DNA of 64,000 nt from a virus. Its lineage: Duplodnaviria > Caudoviricetes. A model generated the notes under the pieces. It did not search any database, was not told the origin of the DNA, and was given only the letters and a program-made list of their open reading frames with translations. A program made the translations under genes and the position numbers. The stretch covers positions 1-64,000 of IMG/VR virus record IMGVR_UViG_3300012983_000001. One strand, 5' to 3'. Shown here in pieces: positions 36,048 to 46,688 of this stretch (within the stretch, counting starts at the first letter, position 1; the number at the start of each line of letters is the position of its first letter).

Positions 36048-37244
36048 ATGTTTAGTATCAGTATCGAACAGCGAGTACTGATGAAGGCTTTAGAATACTT
36101 AGAGCCCACAGTCGGTAAAAACGCTACAGGTCAGGGCGATAACTGTCTCTGCATGAAAACGACTGGTAATGGTTCCGTGGAAATGTACACAACCAATACT
36201 ATCGAATTTACTAAATTAGAGGCGATTGTTGCTTTGGGCGGTAACACACAAGAAGTTGCACCACATGTTGACTTCAAGAGATTTAAAGCCATTATCAGTT
36301 CCATTCCAAGCCATGAGATAATTTCTTTAGAAGCACAAGTAAATGATTTGCTTATCAACTTTGCTCTAAAGAAAACTCCAATCAAGTTGGTTGGTTGTAC
36401 CAATGGTATGATGGCTTTACCGCAGAACCAGTTCCCATCTTCTACCATGGTAACGCTGAACAAAGATGCCATTAAGCAAGCAGTGGAAAACGTATGTAGT
36501 ATTGTAACTGAAAATTCTACAACGCCAATTTACAACTGTATGCGTATCTACACAAATGGTATGAATGCTGAAGTAACTGCACTGGATACCACTCATAAGC
36601 GTACATTTGCAAAGAACTGGTTGGCCACAGGTAATAATCCAAATCAGGAAATCTTACTTGAGGCAAATAAGTTCAAAAAGTCCATCAAGCTCTTTGAGGA
36701 TTATAACGAGTTAGAGTTCTATATGGACCAGAATATGGTTCGTGTAGACGGAACAGATATGGTAGCAAGTTATTATCAGAAGACTCAGGGTATGATTATG
36801 AATATCAGTTACTTCGCTAGACGTCTTGCTGGTGCGTTTCCTACTAATATCAGTGCTAACTTTACCAGTGCTCCACCAACAGAATATGTTGAAATCAACA
36901 GAGAAGAACTTGCAAACTGTTTTACACGTATCAAGGCTATTGAAGACCAGACAACAAACGGTCTTGTAGGCTTTGAAGTAAGTGGAAATGGTATTGCTGT
37001 CACTATGAATTCCGCTTACGGAAATATCGAAGACAATATCACTGCCGAGAACACTGTCTCAAGAACTTTCAAAACAGTGTTTAAATATGACAATCTTAAT
37101 GATATAATGAGAGTGATTGGTACTGATACATTCCAGTTAGGTGTCTTACCAAATCATCCAAACAATTATGTTGTTAAATCAAAGGGTAGCAATGATGTTA
37201 TGTTTACGGTTTCTGGAATGGTAAATGCGTCCGCTACCCCATAA
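36048..37244 (+). CDS. dnaN: DNA polymerase III beta sliding clamp
   Basis: ~400 aa three-domain pattern, ALDTTHKR (cf. ATDGHRL), RRLAGAFP (cf. RLIEG.FP); next to dnaE. Confidence 0.8.
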   Translation: MFSISIEQRVLMKALEYLEPTVGKNATGQGDNCLCMKTTGNGSVEMYTTNTIEFTKLEAIVALGGNTQEVAPHVDFKRFKAIISSIPSHEIISLEAQVNDLLINFALKKTPIKLVGCTNGMMALPQNQFPSSTMVTLNKDAIKQAVENVCSIVTENSTTPIYNCMRIYTNGMNAEVTALDTTHKRTFAKNWLATGNNPNQEILLEANKFKKSIKLFEDYNELEFYMDQNMVRVDGTDMVASYYQKTQGMIMNISYFARRLAGAFPTNISANFTSAPPTEYVEINREELANCFTRIKAIEDQTTNGLVGFEVSGNGIAVTMNSAYGNIEDNITAENTVSRTFKTVFKYDNLNDIMRVIGTDTFQLGVLPNHPNNYVVKSKGSNDVMFTVSGMVNASATP

Positions 37245-37261
37245 GGAAAGGTGGAGGCTAA

Positions 37262-37789
37262 ATGGCAGCAAAGCGAACAATAGCTGTATTTGGACCCGAT
37301 AATACGTACTTAAGTCACTGTACGTGGCAGAGAGCCTTAGGATTACTAGAATCTGGTAGAGCCATAAGAATCAATGCCACTACAGTCAGACTGAAGCAAA
37401 CGAAAAAAGAACGGGTACAAAAAAAGCATAGTATTATTGCCGACTCTAAACGAATCTGCTATATTTGTAATAAGCGAATTCCAGACGAGGATATTGCAAC
37501 CATTGACCATATTATACCTAAGTCAAGAGATAGAAGGGCAGATACTTACAGCAATATGAAATGTTGCTGTACACGCTGTAATAATGATAAAGGAAACTTG
37601 ACACTATCTGAGTATGTTAAACACATCTCTGAGCATAGAGATGAGTATCCATACATAACAGATAAGAGATTAGGATATCTGGCAGGATTTGCAGAAATGT
37701 ACGAAGAAGAGTTCTATGCTAGGGCTCGTTTGAACATTAAACCACCATACAAGAATTCGCACAAAAAGAGGAGGAAGAAGCGGAAATGA
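37262..37789 (+). CDS. HNH endonuclease with N-terminal PLMP/RRXRR-like segment
   Basis: CYIC...TIDHIIPKSR...N...CC..CNNDKGN; N-terminus VFGPDNTYLSHCTWQRALGLLESGRA. Confidence 0.88.
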   Translation: MAAKRTIAVFGPDNTYLSHCTWQRALGLLESGRAIRINATTVRLKQTKKERVQKKHSIIADSKRICYICNKRIPDEDIATIDHIIPKSRDRRADTYSNMKCCCTRCNNDKGNLTLSEYVKHISEHRDEYPYITDKRLGYLAGFAEMYEEEFYARARLNIKPPYKNSHKKRRKKRK

Positions 37790-40700
37790 TAGAATATGCT
37801 CATTTACATTGTCATACACGATACTCTATCCAAGATGCCATTCCAACCCATAAGGCGTATGTTGATGCTATTTATGAACAGAATCAGAATAGCATTGACT
37901 ATCACTGTATCGGCTTTGCCGCAACAGACCATGGAAACATGTTTGGTTTAGTTAAGCATTATAATGCTTGTGTTAATCCAGACCACAAGGAAAGGGCTAT
38001 CAAACCTCTATATGGATGTGAAGTATATCATTGTCTTGACGTTGATAACAATCCAAATGAAGATAGGTTTCATCTTCCATTGATTGCTGTTACGCAAGAA
38101 GGTTTGGCAAACCTATATCAGATAGTATCTCATGCAGGTACTCATGTTATACAGGGTAGGCAAAAGGCATTCCCTGTAACGGATTTGAAATTTATGCAAC
38201 AACACGGTAAGGGTATTGTTGCGTTAACCGCATGTGTAGGCGGTATCGTGCCGCATTGCATCTTAAATGGTCAAGACGTAGATGCGGTGAAATATATTGA
38301 CACGCTTGCAAATATCTTTGATGATGTGTATCTTGAAGTACAGCCTCATGATTTTCCAGAACAGTTACTTGTAAACAGTGCATTGGTTGATATTGCACAA
38401 AGAACAGGGTATAAGTTAGTAATGACTGCTGATAGTCATTATATCAATCAGGGTGACAGTCAGTATCACAACATCTTAAAGAACATGTGTCATCAAAAGG
38501 TATTTACAACTAACAATCGTTTGTTTACACCAGAAGAAATGGAAGAATATTGTCTCAAGTATGGCATTCCCACCGAATGTATTAGCAATACAGCAGAGAT
38601 TGCCAACTTAGCAGATGTTAATCCAAAACCGAAAGACCATCGAGCATTATTGCCAGTCTTTCCATGTCCGCCTGGATATGATGAAGCATCTTATCTTCGT
38701 AAGTTATCGTATGAAAAACTTCAGGAAAAGATAATCAAGAATAAGATTGACAATCCTGTTAAATATCTTAAACAGATTACTTATGAACTTGATGTTATCT
38801 GTAATGCAGGATTTGCAGGCTATTTCTTAATCTTGTGGGACTGGTTCAAGTGGTGTAGAGATAACGATATTTTGTGTGGACCAGGTAGAGGTTCTGCCGC
38901 TGGTAGTGCTGTATCTTATGTTTTGAACATCACTAAGGTAGACCCTATTAAACATGGCTTTTTCTTTGAGCGTTTCTTGAACGCAGGAAGACTTGAGTTC
39001 CCCGATATTGATACCGATATTCCGCGTAGTCGTAGAGCTGATGCCATTAAGTATCTGTTAGGCAAATACGGAGTACGAAACGTTAGCCAGATAATCACTT
39101 TTCAGGAATATAAGCTTAAGAATACAATCAAAGCTATTATGTCGTTCTTAGGTTGTTCATTCCAAGAAGCAAACGAAGTAACCAGAGACATTCCAGATAT
39201 TGTCGACGGCCATACTGTTACGTATGAATTGATTGAAGATGTAAGTAACAATCCAGACAATGATAAATATGCAACCATGTCTGACCGTGAAAAACAAGGA
39301 CTGAAGAAGAACTATGATAAACTGCAAGAGATATTTCAGAAATATCCTGTTGTTTATGCTGGTATTCAGAACATCTGTGGTTGCTTATCCAGTACTGGCA
39401 TTCACGCTGGTGGCGTTGTAATATCTAACAAGCCAATCAACGAAAACGCAGCAATTATTGACGGAGGAGATACTGCTGTTCTTCCGCTTATTCAGTTTGA
39501 GATGGCAGACTTAGATTTCTTTGGTTTTCTTAAGATTGACGTATTGGGATTAAAGACTCTGGACGTTATCAAAGAAACCATGGATTTAGCAGGACTGGGT
39601 TACGACTGGTATGATTCTGAAGATTATAGTGACGCCGCAGTATACGATATGTTACGTGCAGGCGAAACCACTGATATATTTCAGATGTCCAGTTATACAC
39701 CGACTGCTATGTTGGCAGACTTTGATGTGCGAGACATTGACGGTATATGTGCGGTAAACGCTGGTAACCGTCCTGGCCCACTAGAGAAAGATTTAAAAAC
39801 AGGCAAGTCAATGGTTGATTTGTATGTCGAACGAAAGAAAACTGGTGTTATTGACAGTTGGCATCCAGATATCGACCCTATTCTTAAAGATACTATGGGT
39901 TGTATTTGGTATCAGGAACACTGTATTAAGATTGGTCAGGTTATGGCTGGTTATGACCTTGGTAGTGCGGATTTACGTATTCGTAAACCATTGGGTAAAA
40001 AGCTCAAGAAAAAGATTCCAGAGATTCGAAATGAATTTATCTATGGTAAGCAATCTGAATATGATGAAGACCATAATGTAACTGGTGTTAAAGACGAAGC
40101 GTCTCAGTATTGCGTTGGAAGTTTAGCCAGAGGTTATTCACAAGAATTATCTGAAAAGGTTTTTGAATCCATGGAGGCATTTGCAAAGTATGCATTTAAC
40201 CGTAGTCATGCGTTCTGTTATGCAGTAGTGGCATACAAGACTGCGTATTTGTCACTGCATCATCCAGCTGAATTTGCAACTGCAAACTGTACGGTTAATG
40301 AAGACCAGGAAAACGTTACAGCTACATTGTCTCTGGCAAAGAAACGTAAGATTGATGTATTACCGCCAGATATCAATCATTCTGGTATAGGATTTACCCT
40401 AGAGAACAATGCTATTCGTTATGGATTAAAGGCTATCAAAGGCGTTGGCACGTCTGTACTGAACTTTATTAGTGAGTATAAAAAGATAGACCCAGTTCCA
40501 TTCAAGAATTTTGATGACTACTATAATCGTATTCATGATAGTAACAACAATGCCGTTGCAACATTATTAAACAATCTTAGATTGCAGACTGGTAAAAACA
40601 GTCCGAATCCAATGAAAAAAGATGTTGAGGTTGCTTTAATCTTGTCTGGTGCGTTTGATTATTGTGAGCCAAACAGATATAAGCTTCTGAATCATTATCT

Positions 40701-41250
40701 TGTAGACATCAAGAAGGAAAAGGAAATCAAACTTATGGGTGCCGACAAGCCTACGGCATTGCCATTACCAGAAGCAGATTATAAGCGAAAAGTTAAACTT
40801 GCGCTTGAAAAGCATTATATGGGTAGTTATATTTCCGAACATCCATTAGACCCATTTCCATATGCAGATTTTGATTCTGCTCAAGAAAACGAAGTTATTC
40901 GTACAACTGGTATCGTAACAGGTATGGTCAGTAAGCTTACCAAGAAAGGTAAAGAATATATCACCATTAAGTTTAAAACGAAAGATGATGTAGAGCGTAC
41001 TGTTAATGTATTTGATACCGACTTATCTAGTACCTTAAAGAATGTAGTCAAGAAGAATCAGATTATCATTGTTAAGGGTAGGGTAAGTAAAAAATACAAT
41101 AACATCAATGCTTCTGATGTATCGCCTGTGGCATTCAAGAAGCAATCTATTGATACCGAGAATCTTGATATCGAGGATAGAACTAATGTTACACCAGTGA
41201 CAGATTTTACTCAGCCAGTGACTCCTGTTGAGTTCGGAAGTATCTTTTAA
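37786..41250 (+). CDS. dnaE: DNA polymerase III alpha subunit
   Basis: PHP HLHCHT/TDHG/DSH, GPGRGSAAGS, FERFLN, PDIDTD, GIHAGG, KIDVLGL, YAFNRSHA, C-terminal OB fold. Confidence 0.98.
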   Translation: MIEYAHLHCHTRYSIQDAIPTHKAYVDAIYEQNQNSIDYHCIGFAATDHGNMFGLVKHYNACVNPDHKERAIKPLYGCEVYHCLDVDNNPNEDRFHLPLIAVTQEGLANLYQIVSHAGTHVIQGRQKAFPVTDLKFMQQHGKGIVALTACVGGIVPHCILNGQDVDAVKYIDTLANIFDDVYLEVQPHDFPEQLLVNSALVDIAQRTGYKLVMTADSHYINQGDSQYHNILKNMCHQKVFTTNNRLFTPEEMEEYCLKYGIPTECISNTAEIANLADVNPKPKDHRALLPVFPCPPGYDEASYLRKLSYEKLQEKIIKNKIDNPVKYLKQITYELDVICNAGFAGYFLILWDWFKWCRDNDILCGPGRGSAAGSAVSYVLNITKVDPIKHGFFFERFLNAGRLEFPDIDTDIPRSRRADAIKYLLGKYGVRNVSQIITFQEYKLKNTIKAIMSFLGCSFQEANEVTRDIPDIVDGHTVTYELIEDVSNNPDNDKYATMSDREKQGLKKNYDKLQEIFQKYPVVYAGIQNICGCLSSTGIHAGGVVISNKPINENAAIIDGGDTAVLPLIQFEMADLDFFGFLKIDVLGLKTLDVIKETMDLAGLGYDWYDSEDYSDAAVYDMLRAGETTDIFQMSSYTPTAMLADFDVRDIDGICAVNAGNRPGPLEKDLKTGKSMVDLYVERKKTGVIDSWHPDIDPILKDTMGCIWYQEHCIKIGQVMAGYDLGSADLRIRKPLGKKLKKKIPEIRNEFIYGKQSEYDEDHNVTGVKDEASQYCVGSLARGYSQELSEKVFESMEAFAKYAFNRSHAFCYAVVAYKTAYLSLHHPAEFATANCTVNEDQENVTATLSLAKKRKIDVLPPDINHSGIGFTLENNAIRYGLKAIKGVGTSVLNFISEYKKIDPVPFKNFDDYYNRIHDSNNNAVATLLNNLRLQTGKNSPNPMKKDVEVALILSGAFDYCEPNRYKLLNHYLVDIKKEKEIKLMGADKPTALPLPEADYKRKVKLALEKHYMGSYISEHPLDPFPYADFDSAQENEVIRTTGIVTGMVSKLTKKGKEYITIKFKTKDDVERTVNVFDTDLSSTLKNVVKKNQIIIVKGRVSKKYNNINASDVSPVAFKKQSIDTENLDIEDRTNVTPVTDFTQPVTPVEFGSIF

Positions 41251-41292
41251 ATGTAACATCATATTGCACTTCTCCGCTATTTATTGTATAAT
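41249..41292 (+). promoter_or_regulatory. sigmaA promoter with upstream AAATGTAACAT box
   Basis: TTGCAC(41264)-17 nt-TATAAT(41287). Confidence 0.7.
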
Positions 41293-41322
41293 AATAGTAT
41301 GTATAGAAAGGAGAAGTGCTTT

Positions 41323-41583
41323 ATGTTGAACGAGAATATTATGGGCTATATGCTAACTAATGCCTATAAAAAATCAACCATGTCACAGGAAAGAAACAAT
41401 GTAAAGGCAGACATCTCAGAAGAAGAGGCGTTGGAAATATACAACGAGATTCTGGATGTTTACAAGAAACACAATGTCTCTTATCAGTGTGCATGTAGGC
41501 TTAGCATTGCATTAAATGAAGCGTTCATGACAGGTGCAGTCGAGCTATACAGACAGGAACAACTCAATCCCTATCGGGATTAA
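41323..41583 (+). CDS. Hypothetical protein
   Basis: AAAGGAG RBS. Confidence 0.7.
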   Translation: MLNENIMGYMLTNAYKKSTMSQERNNVKADISEEEALEIYNEILDVYKKHNVSYQCACRLSIALNEAFMTGAVELYRQEQLNPYRD

Positions 41584-41615
41584 AGGGCTATCATTAAAGA
41601 AAGGAAGTAGAAAAC

Positions 41616-42194
41616 ATGCTTAACTTAGCTAACTTATGTATCTTCGAAGGAAGAATGGCAAGAGACCCACAGTATAGTACTGTTCAGTTTGGACAGGAAA
41701 CAGTCGAAAAGGCAATGTTTACCATTGCAATCGACAGAGCATTAAGTTCTCAACAGAGACAGAAAGTAAAGAACGGAGACCAGTCCATTAAGACTGCTGA
41801 TTTTGTTCCATGTTCTTTATTGGGAGCACAGGTTGCTACGCTGAGACAGTATTTCCCGCAGGGTAAGGCTATTCGTGTTGAGGGTCACTATACTGAATAC
41901 CAGACTACGGACCAGCAGACAGGTCAGAAAAAGTATGGTCATGTATTTGAAATTGATTCCATTAGTTTCCCAACTCAGGATGCGAAGAGTTTACAGCAAA
42001 ATCAGGGTCAGCAGAATAACGGTGGTTACCAGAATAACAACGGTTATCAGAACAATAATGGCTATCAGAACAATGGCGGTTATCAGGCACCACAGAATAA
42101 CTATCAGCAGGCACCTCAGTATCAGCAACCAGCACAGCAGGCTCCAGCTCCAGGCGGTTTCTCAATGTTCGATGAAGGAGAATCTCCATTCTAA
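41616..42194 (+). CDS. ssb: Single-stranded DNA-binding protein
   Basis: GRMARDP, FTIAIDR, TADFVPC, Q/N/G/Y-rich linker, acidic tail DEGESPF. Confidence 0.95.
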   Translation: MLNLANLCIFEGRMARDPQYSTVQFGQETVEKAMFTIAIDRALSSQQRQKVKNGDQSIKTADFVPCSLLGAQVATLRQYFPQGKAIRVEGHYTEYQTTDQQTGQKKYGHVFEIDSISFPTQDAKSLQQNQGQQNNGGYQNNNGYQNNNGYQNNGGYQAPQNNYQQAPQYQQPAQQAPAPGGFSMFDEGESPF

Positions 42195-42208
42195 GATAGG
42201 AGGACAAT

Positions 42209-42577
42209 ATGGAAAGTAATAAGATTTCAGGTGCAAAACATGGCGTGCAGACAATGATGTTTTATTATCTTTCTTCCTTGATTGGTTCTGTTGAAGACCC
42301 TAAACAACACATTGCAACTGAATTAGGAAAGATGATTAACCTTTCCGAAGAGCAGATACAGTATGTACGAATGCAAGTTGCCAATGAGAATAAGATGTTA
42401 GTGAACCTGTCTTCTTCCATAGCCTTGTTAGAGAATATGGAAAAGACAGGTAAACTTGACCTTGAATCTATTGGTATAGTTAAGGGCATTTTAACAATCA
42501 TGCAAGAACAATGCCAAAAAGCTCTTACAGAATATACAGATACGGAAGATGAAGAGAGCGATGAAGAAGATGAGTAA
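42209..42577 (+). CDS. Hypothetical protein
   Basis: AGGAGG RBS. Confidence 0.75.
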   Translation: MESNKISGAKHGVQTMMFYYLSSLIGSVEDPKQHIATELGKMINLSEEQIQYVRMQVANENKMLVNLSSSIALLENMEKTGKLDLESIGIVKGILTIMQEQCQKALTEYTDTEDEESDEEDE

Positions 42578-43076
42578 CAGTATGAAATTTACTTTTACGC
42601 TCCCATCGTCTACTATGAATGGAAGCAATGGTAATTATATCTATTACAGTAACCTTGCAGATGTAAGCTACACTATGATATCAGATGAATGGATGGTAGA
42701 TGAAGAAATGGAATGGATGCCACCAAGTAAGCTTACACCTCAGGATGTTGATGTACTTAAGTGTGCTTTACAAGCAGAAGAGACTCTTGAGCAATGGTTA
42801 ACAGATAATTACGACAGATATGAACTTATGGACTGTGGTGGTTATATCTATGATATCACACAAGAACAAGCATATACTGTTGTTAGTGATATCATTGAAA
42901 AATTAGCCAAAGATGTCAATATGGAATGTGAAGATGAAGAAGCTATCATTCAAGCTGTATTAGAAAACATTGATTTTGATTCACTGTATACTGTAGCCGA
43001 AGACATTATCAATGCACCAATTACTATGGAAGAAAAACTAGCAGAAGTCGGCATGTCTTATCGAGACTTCTTATAG
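42570..43076 (+). CDS. Acidic hypothetical protein
   Basis: Very D/E rich; ends VGMSYRDFL. Confidence 0.75.
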   Translation: MSNSMKFTFTLPSSTMNGSNGNYIYYSNLADVSYTMISDEWMVDEEMEWMPPSKLTPQDVDVLKCALQAEETLEQWLTDNYDRYELMDCGGYIYDITQEQAYTVVSDIIEKLAKDVNMECEDEEAIIQAVLENIDFDSLYTVAEDIINAPITMEEKLAEVGMSYRDFL

Positions 43077-43088
43077 AAAGGAATTGAC

Positions 43089-44264
43089 ATGGATAAAGAC
43101 AAAATGAAACGGTTACAGGCATCTATGGCGCAAATGAACAAGCGTTATGGTGCAGGTACTGTAATGAGCGCAGCTGAAGCTGCGGCTCAAGGAAAGCTTA
43201 CCAAAAAAGTTATACCAACACCATCCCTTGAGTTGAATGATGCACTGCATTGCGGTGGCTTTTCGGGCATTGTTGAACTTTATGGTCCAAACTCTTCTGG
43301 TAAAACCAGTCTTGCTATTGACACACTGGTAAAGAGCCAGAGAGATGATGAAAATTTCGTTGCCGCATGGCTTGAAACTGAGGGCTCTGTAACTCTTGAT
43401 ATTTTACGAGACCATGGTGTTGACCTTGCAAGATTACTGTATTGGAGACAGGAAGATGTCGGCAATGCAGAAAACGCTTTGGATATTGCCAGAGGCTTTA
43501 TTGTCGGTGGAGATGTTGACATGATAATTGTTAACTCTGTTGCTGGCTTGGCACCAAAGACTGAAACTGAAGACGATTTAGAGAAACAGAATATTGCATT
43601 AACGGCAAGACTGTTATCTAAGTTCTTCCGTGTTGCTAATGGATATGCATCTAAGAATGATGTTACAATGTTATTTATCAATCAAGTACGTGACAATGTT
43701 GGTCAGATGTTTGGTGATACTACAACCACTACTGGTGGTAAGGCATTAGCATTCTATGCATCTCAGCGTATTAAGATGAATCGTAATAAGATTATGGCTT
43801 CCGACCCTATTAAGGAAGAGGATGGCGTAAAGATTTCTTGTATTATTCACAAGAATCGTTTCGCTGGTAAACACAATCCATTTACGAAGTGTATCTATTA
43901 TGCAACATATGCAGGCGGTATTGATTCTGTTGTTGCATTACCACAGATGTTACTGGAAGCTGGCATTATGCGTCAGGCTGGTGCATGGTGGTATTATGAA
44001 GACGCACAGGGTAATTTAATTACTGTTGACGGTATCGTCGGTAAGTTCAGCAGTAAGAATAACTTCTTAGATGCGTTACGTTCAAGTGAAAAACTTTATA
44101 ATGAGTTGGTTAATAAACTTGGCCATCTTGCTGACAATCAGAACCAGGAAGAAATTGCAGCTATCGAAGCAGAAAATGCACAGCTCAATGCTGACATGGA
44201 TGAGATTAACAGAATCGAAGCCGCAGAAGACATTAATGAAGTACTGGAACAGAATAACCAGTAG
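43089..44264 (+). CDS. recA: RecA recombinase (divergent)
   Basis: IVELYGPNSSGKTS, FINQVRD.VG.MFG, TTGGKALAFYAS.RI, AGAWW. Confidence 0.95.
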   Translation: MDKDKMKRLQASMAQMNKRYGAGTVMSAAEAAAQGKLTKKVIPTPSLELNDALHCGGFSGIVELYGPNSSGKTSLAIDTLVKSQRDDENFVAAWLETEGSVTLDILRDHGVDLARLLYWRQEDVGNAENALDIARGFIVGGDVDMIIVNSVAGLAPKTETEDDLEKQNIALTARLLSKFFRVANGYASKNDVTMLFINQVRDNVGQMFGDTTTTTGGKALAFYASQRIKMNRNKIMASDPIKEEDGVKISCIIHKNRFAGKHNPFTKCIYYATYAGGIDSVVALPQMLLEAGIMRQAGAWWYYEDAQGNLITVDGIVGKFSSKNNFLDALRSSEKLYNELVNKLGHLADNQNQEEIAAIEAENAQLNADMDEINRIEAAEDINEVLEQNNQ

Positions 44265-44270
44265 TAAGCA

Positions 44271-44304
44271 AGCACGGGGCGAAAGTCCCGTGCTAATTTG
44301 TTTT
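44271..44304 (+). terminator. Intrinsic terminator
   Basis: AGCACGGGGC-GAAA-GTCCCGTGCT then T-rich tract. Confidence 0.75.
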
Positions 44305-44318
44305 GAAAGAGGTGGCAT

Positions 44319-46219
44319 ATGCCTACAGATTTGAATACTTTAAATGACCAGCAGAGAACTGCTGTCTTAGAATCTATGAATCATAATGTGGTTCTACTTG
44401 CAGGAGCAGGTAGTGGTAAAACTGCCACCCTTGTAAAAAGAACGCAATATCTCATAGATGATTTAGGTGTTTCACCTGATAACATTATGATAATTACGTT
44501 TACAAACAAGGCCGCTGGAGAGATTCGTGAGCGTGTTTCTACTGTATCTACTCAGGCATATAAGATGTGGATTGGTACATTCCATCGTATTTGTACACGT
44601 TTAATGCGTATGTTCGGTAGTAGATTAGGTATTCAGAATTTCACAATCATGGATACTAAAGAAAGCAAAAACCTTGTCAAAGAAATTCTTGATGCACAAG
44701 GCGTTGAATATACGTCATATATGGTAACTGATTTGGTCTCTAAGATTAGTACTTACAAGAACAATCTTATAAAACCTGTTAAGGTATTAGCAGACCCAAA
44801 CGAAAAGAAACTTAATGCAACGGTGTATCAGGAATATCAGAATATATCCTGGAGACGTAAAAGTTTTGACTTTGATGATTTGATTATCTATACCATCTTA
44901 TTGCTGTCGTCATATGCAGACGTGTTGCAATGGGTACATGATAACATTAAGTATTTGATGGTAGATGAAAGCCAGGACACCAATAGTGCTCAGTTCCAGC
45001 TCATTCAGCTGATTGCTGGCGACAATAACATCATGATGGTTGGCGATACATGTCAATCCATTTATGGATTCAGAAATGCTAAGCCGAAATACTTAGAGTA
45101 CTTTGCCGACAATCATCCGAATACAGTAAAACTTAAGCTAGAACAGAATTATCGTTCTACTAAGACAATCATTGAAGCAGCAAACCACGTGGTTAACAAG
45201 AATCAATTTGGTACTAAGCTTCAAATGTTTTGTGCAAACGAAGTCGGTGAGAAGATTCAGGTATTTGAAGGCCTGGACGCTTACAATGAAGCGAGATGGA
45301 TTGCTTCAGAGATTCTCATGAATGGCAACAAGAACCTATCTAACTATGCTGTAATTTATAGAGCAAACTTCCAGTCTCGTATACTGGAAGAAGAGTTTAC
45401 TAAGTGCGGTATCGGTTATACTGTTTTTGGTTCACAGTCATTCTATTCCAGAAAAGAAGTTCGCGATTTGTTGGCATACTGTAAGTTAGTAGTGAATCCA
45501 TATGATATCGAAAGCTTTAAACGTATCTTAGGCACACTTAAGGGAGTAGGTAAAGTAACAATAGATAATATTGTTAACAATGCTCAAGATAACTGTATTA
45601 ACTTCCACGACGCTATCAATGCATATTTACCAAATATGAAAGCAGGAGTTATCAGTCATCGCTTACAGACAGTGTCTAGTATCATCAACAAACAGTACGA
45701 TAAATGTAGTGACATTGTTAAGGATGTTCTCTTCCTAACGGAATATAAAACAGAACTTACTAATGTACAAACAGAAGAAACGGACGAGAAGCTTGCTATC
45801 ATTGATGAATTTGTTGAAATGATGCTTAGCATGGAAGCGAATGATGCAAATGATAATATGACCGAAATCATTGACCAGATTGCATTACTTTCTGATGCAA
45901 AAGGTGCTGAAAAAGCTAATCTTAACGCAGTCAAACTCATGACTGCTCATGCATCAAAAGGACTGGAGTTTAATACTGTATTCATTGTAGGAGCCGAGGA
46001 GGGATTATTCCCTCATGCAAATGCATTAAACGAAAATACAACTGAAGCCATTAAGAAGAACGTCGTCTGTTCTATGTAGCCATGACTAGAGCTCAAAAGA
46101 AACTGTATATCAGTCGAGCATGTCAGAAACGTGCAGGTAAAGAAGGCGGGCTTATTATTTCAAAGGCCAGCAGATTCCTTCGTGAAATACCAAAACATTT
46201 GACAGAAGAAGCGTTTTAG
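44319..46219 (+). pseudogene. pcrA: PcrA/UvrD helicase with a frameshift near 46053 (pseudogene or sequence error)
   Basis: AGAGSGKT, TFTNKAA, DESQDT, LEQNYRS, TAHASKGLEF; motif VI EERRLFYVAMTRA continues in the -1 frame to TAG at 46219. Confidence 0.9.
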
Positions 46220-46238
46220 TATATAAAGGAGGGAAAGA

Positions 46239-46688
46239 ATGTATATAGCATGGCAGAATGATGACAATATCTGTGATGTATATGATAATGGACCAAATTA
46301 TATGTTTTCGTTAATATGTGATTACGAAAAATACGTTAAGGAATTTGGATATATATCCATTACAACGTTCCTACATGGATGGTCATGTATTCCACGAAAT
46401 CAGTTTCAATTCTTGTCGTCAGGAGAACGTGTATACGACCCACAAGGTAGATGCTATCAAGTGATTGAAGACGCAAGAGAAACAGATGATGAAAGTTATG
46501 TTGTCGAGGTCGCTATGGTTAAAGCAGGTGGTATTATTTCTGATTTAACCCAAACATTATCTACTGGTGATTTATACAGTGAAGAATTCGTTCATTACGA
46601 TTATCAGTGGAAAAAGCAACAATTACAAGAAAGTGAGGAAAAACCATGTCCGATTTTAATTACAAAGACAAGTCAGCCCCAAAGTTAA
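46239..46688 (+). CDS. Hypothetical protein
   Basis: AAGGAGG RBS. Confidence 0.75.
   Translation: MYIAWQNDDNICDVYDNGPNYMFSLICDYEKYVKEFGYISITTFLHGWSCIPRNQFQFLSSGERVYDPQGRCYQVIEDARETDDESYVVEVAMVKAGGIISDLTQTLSTGDLYSEEFVHYDYQWKKQQLQESEEKPCPILITKTSQPQS

Noticed and set aside
37262-37789. Full IscB/IS200-IS605 element
   Set aside because: Only 175 aa, no RuvC motifs, no transposon ends or omega RNA space.
42000-42150. Tandem AATAACGGTGGTTATCAG-like repeats
   Set aside because: They encode the ordinary NNGGYQ low-complexity linker of SSB.
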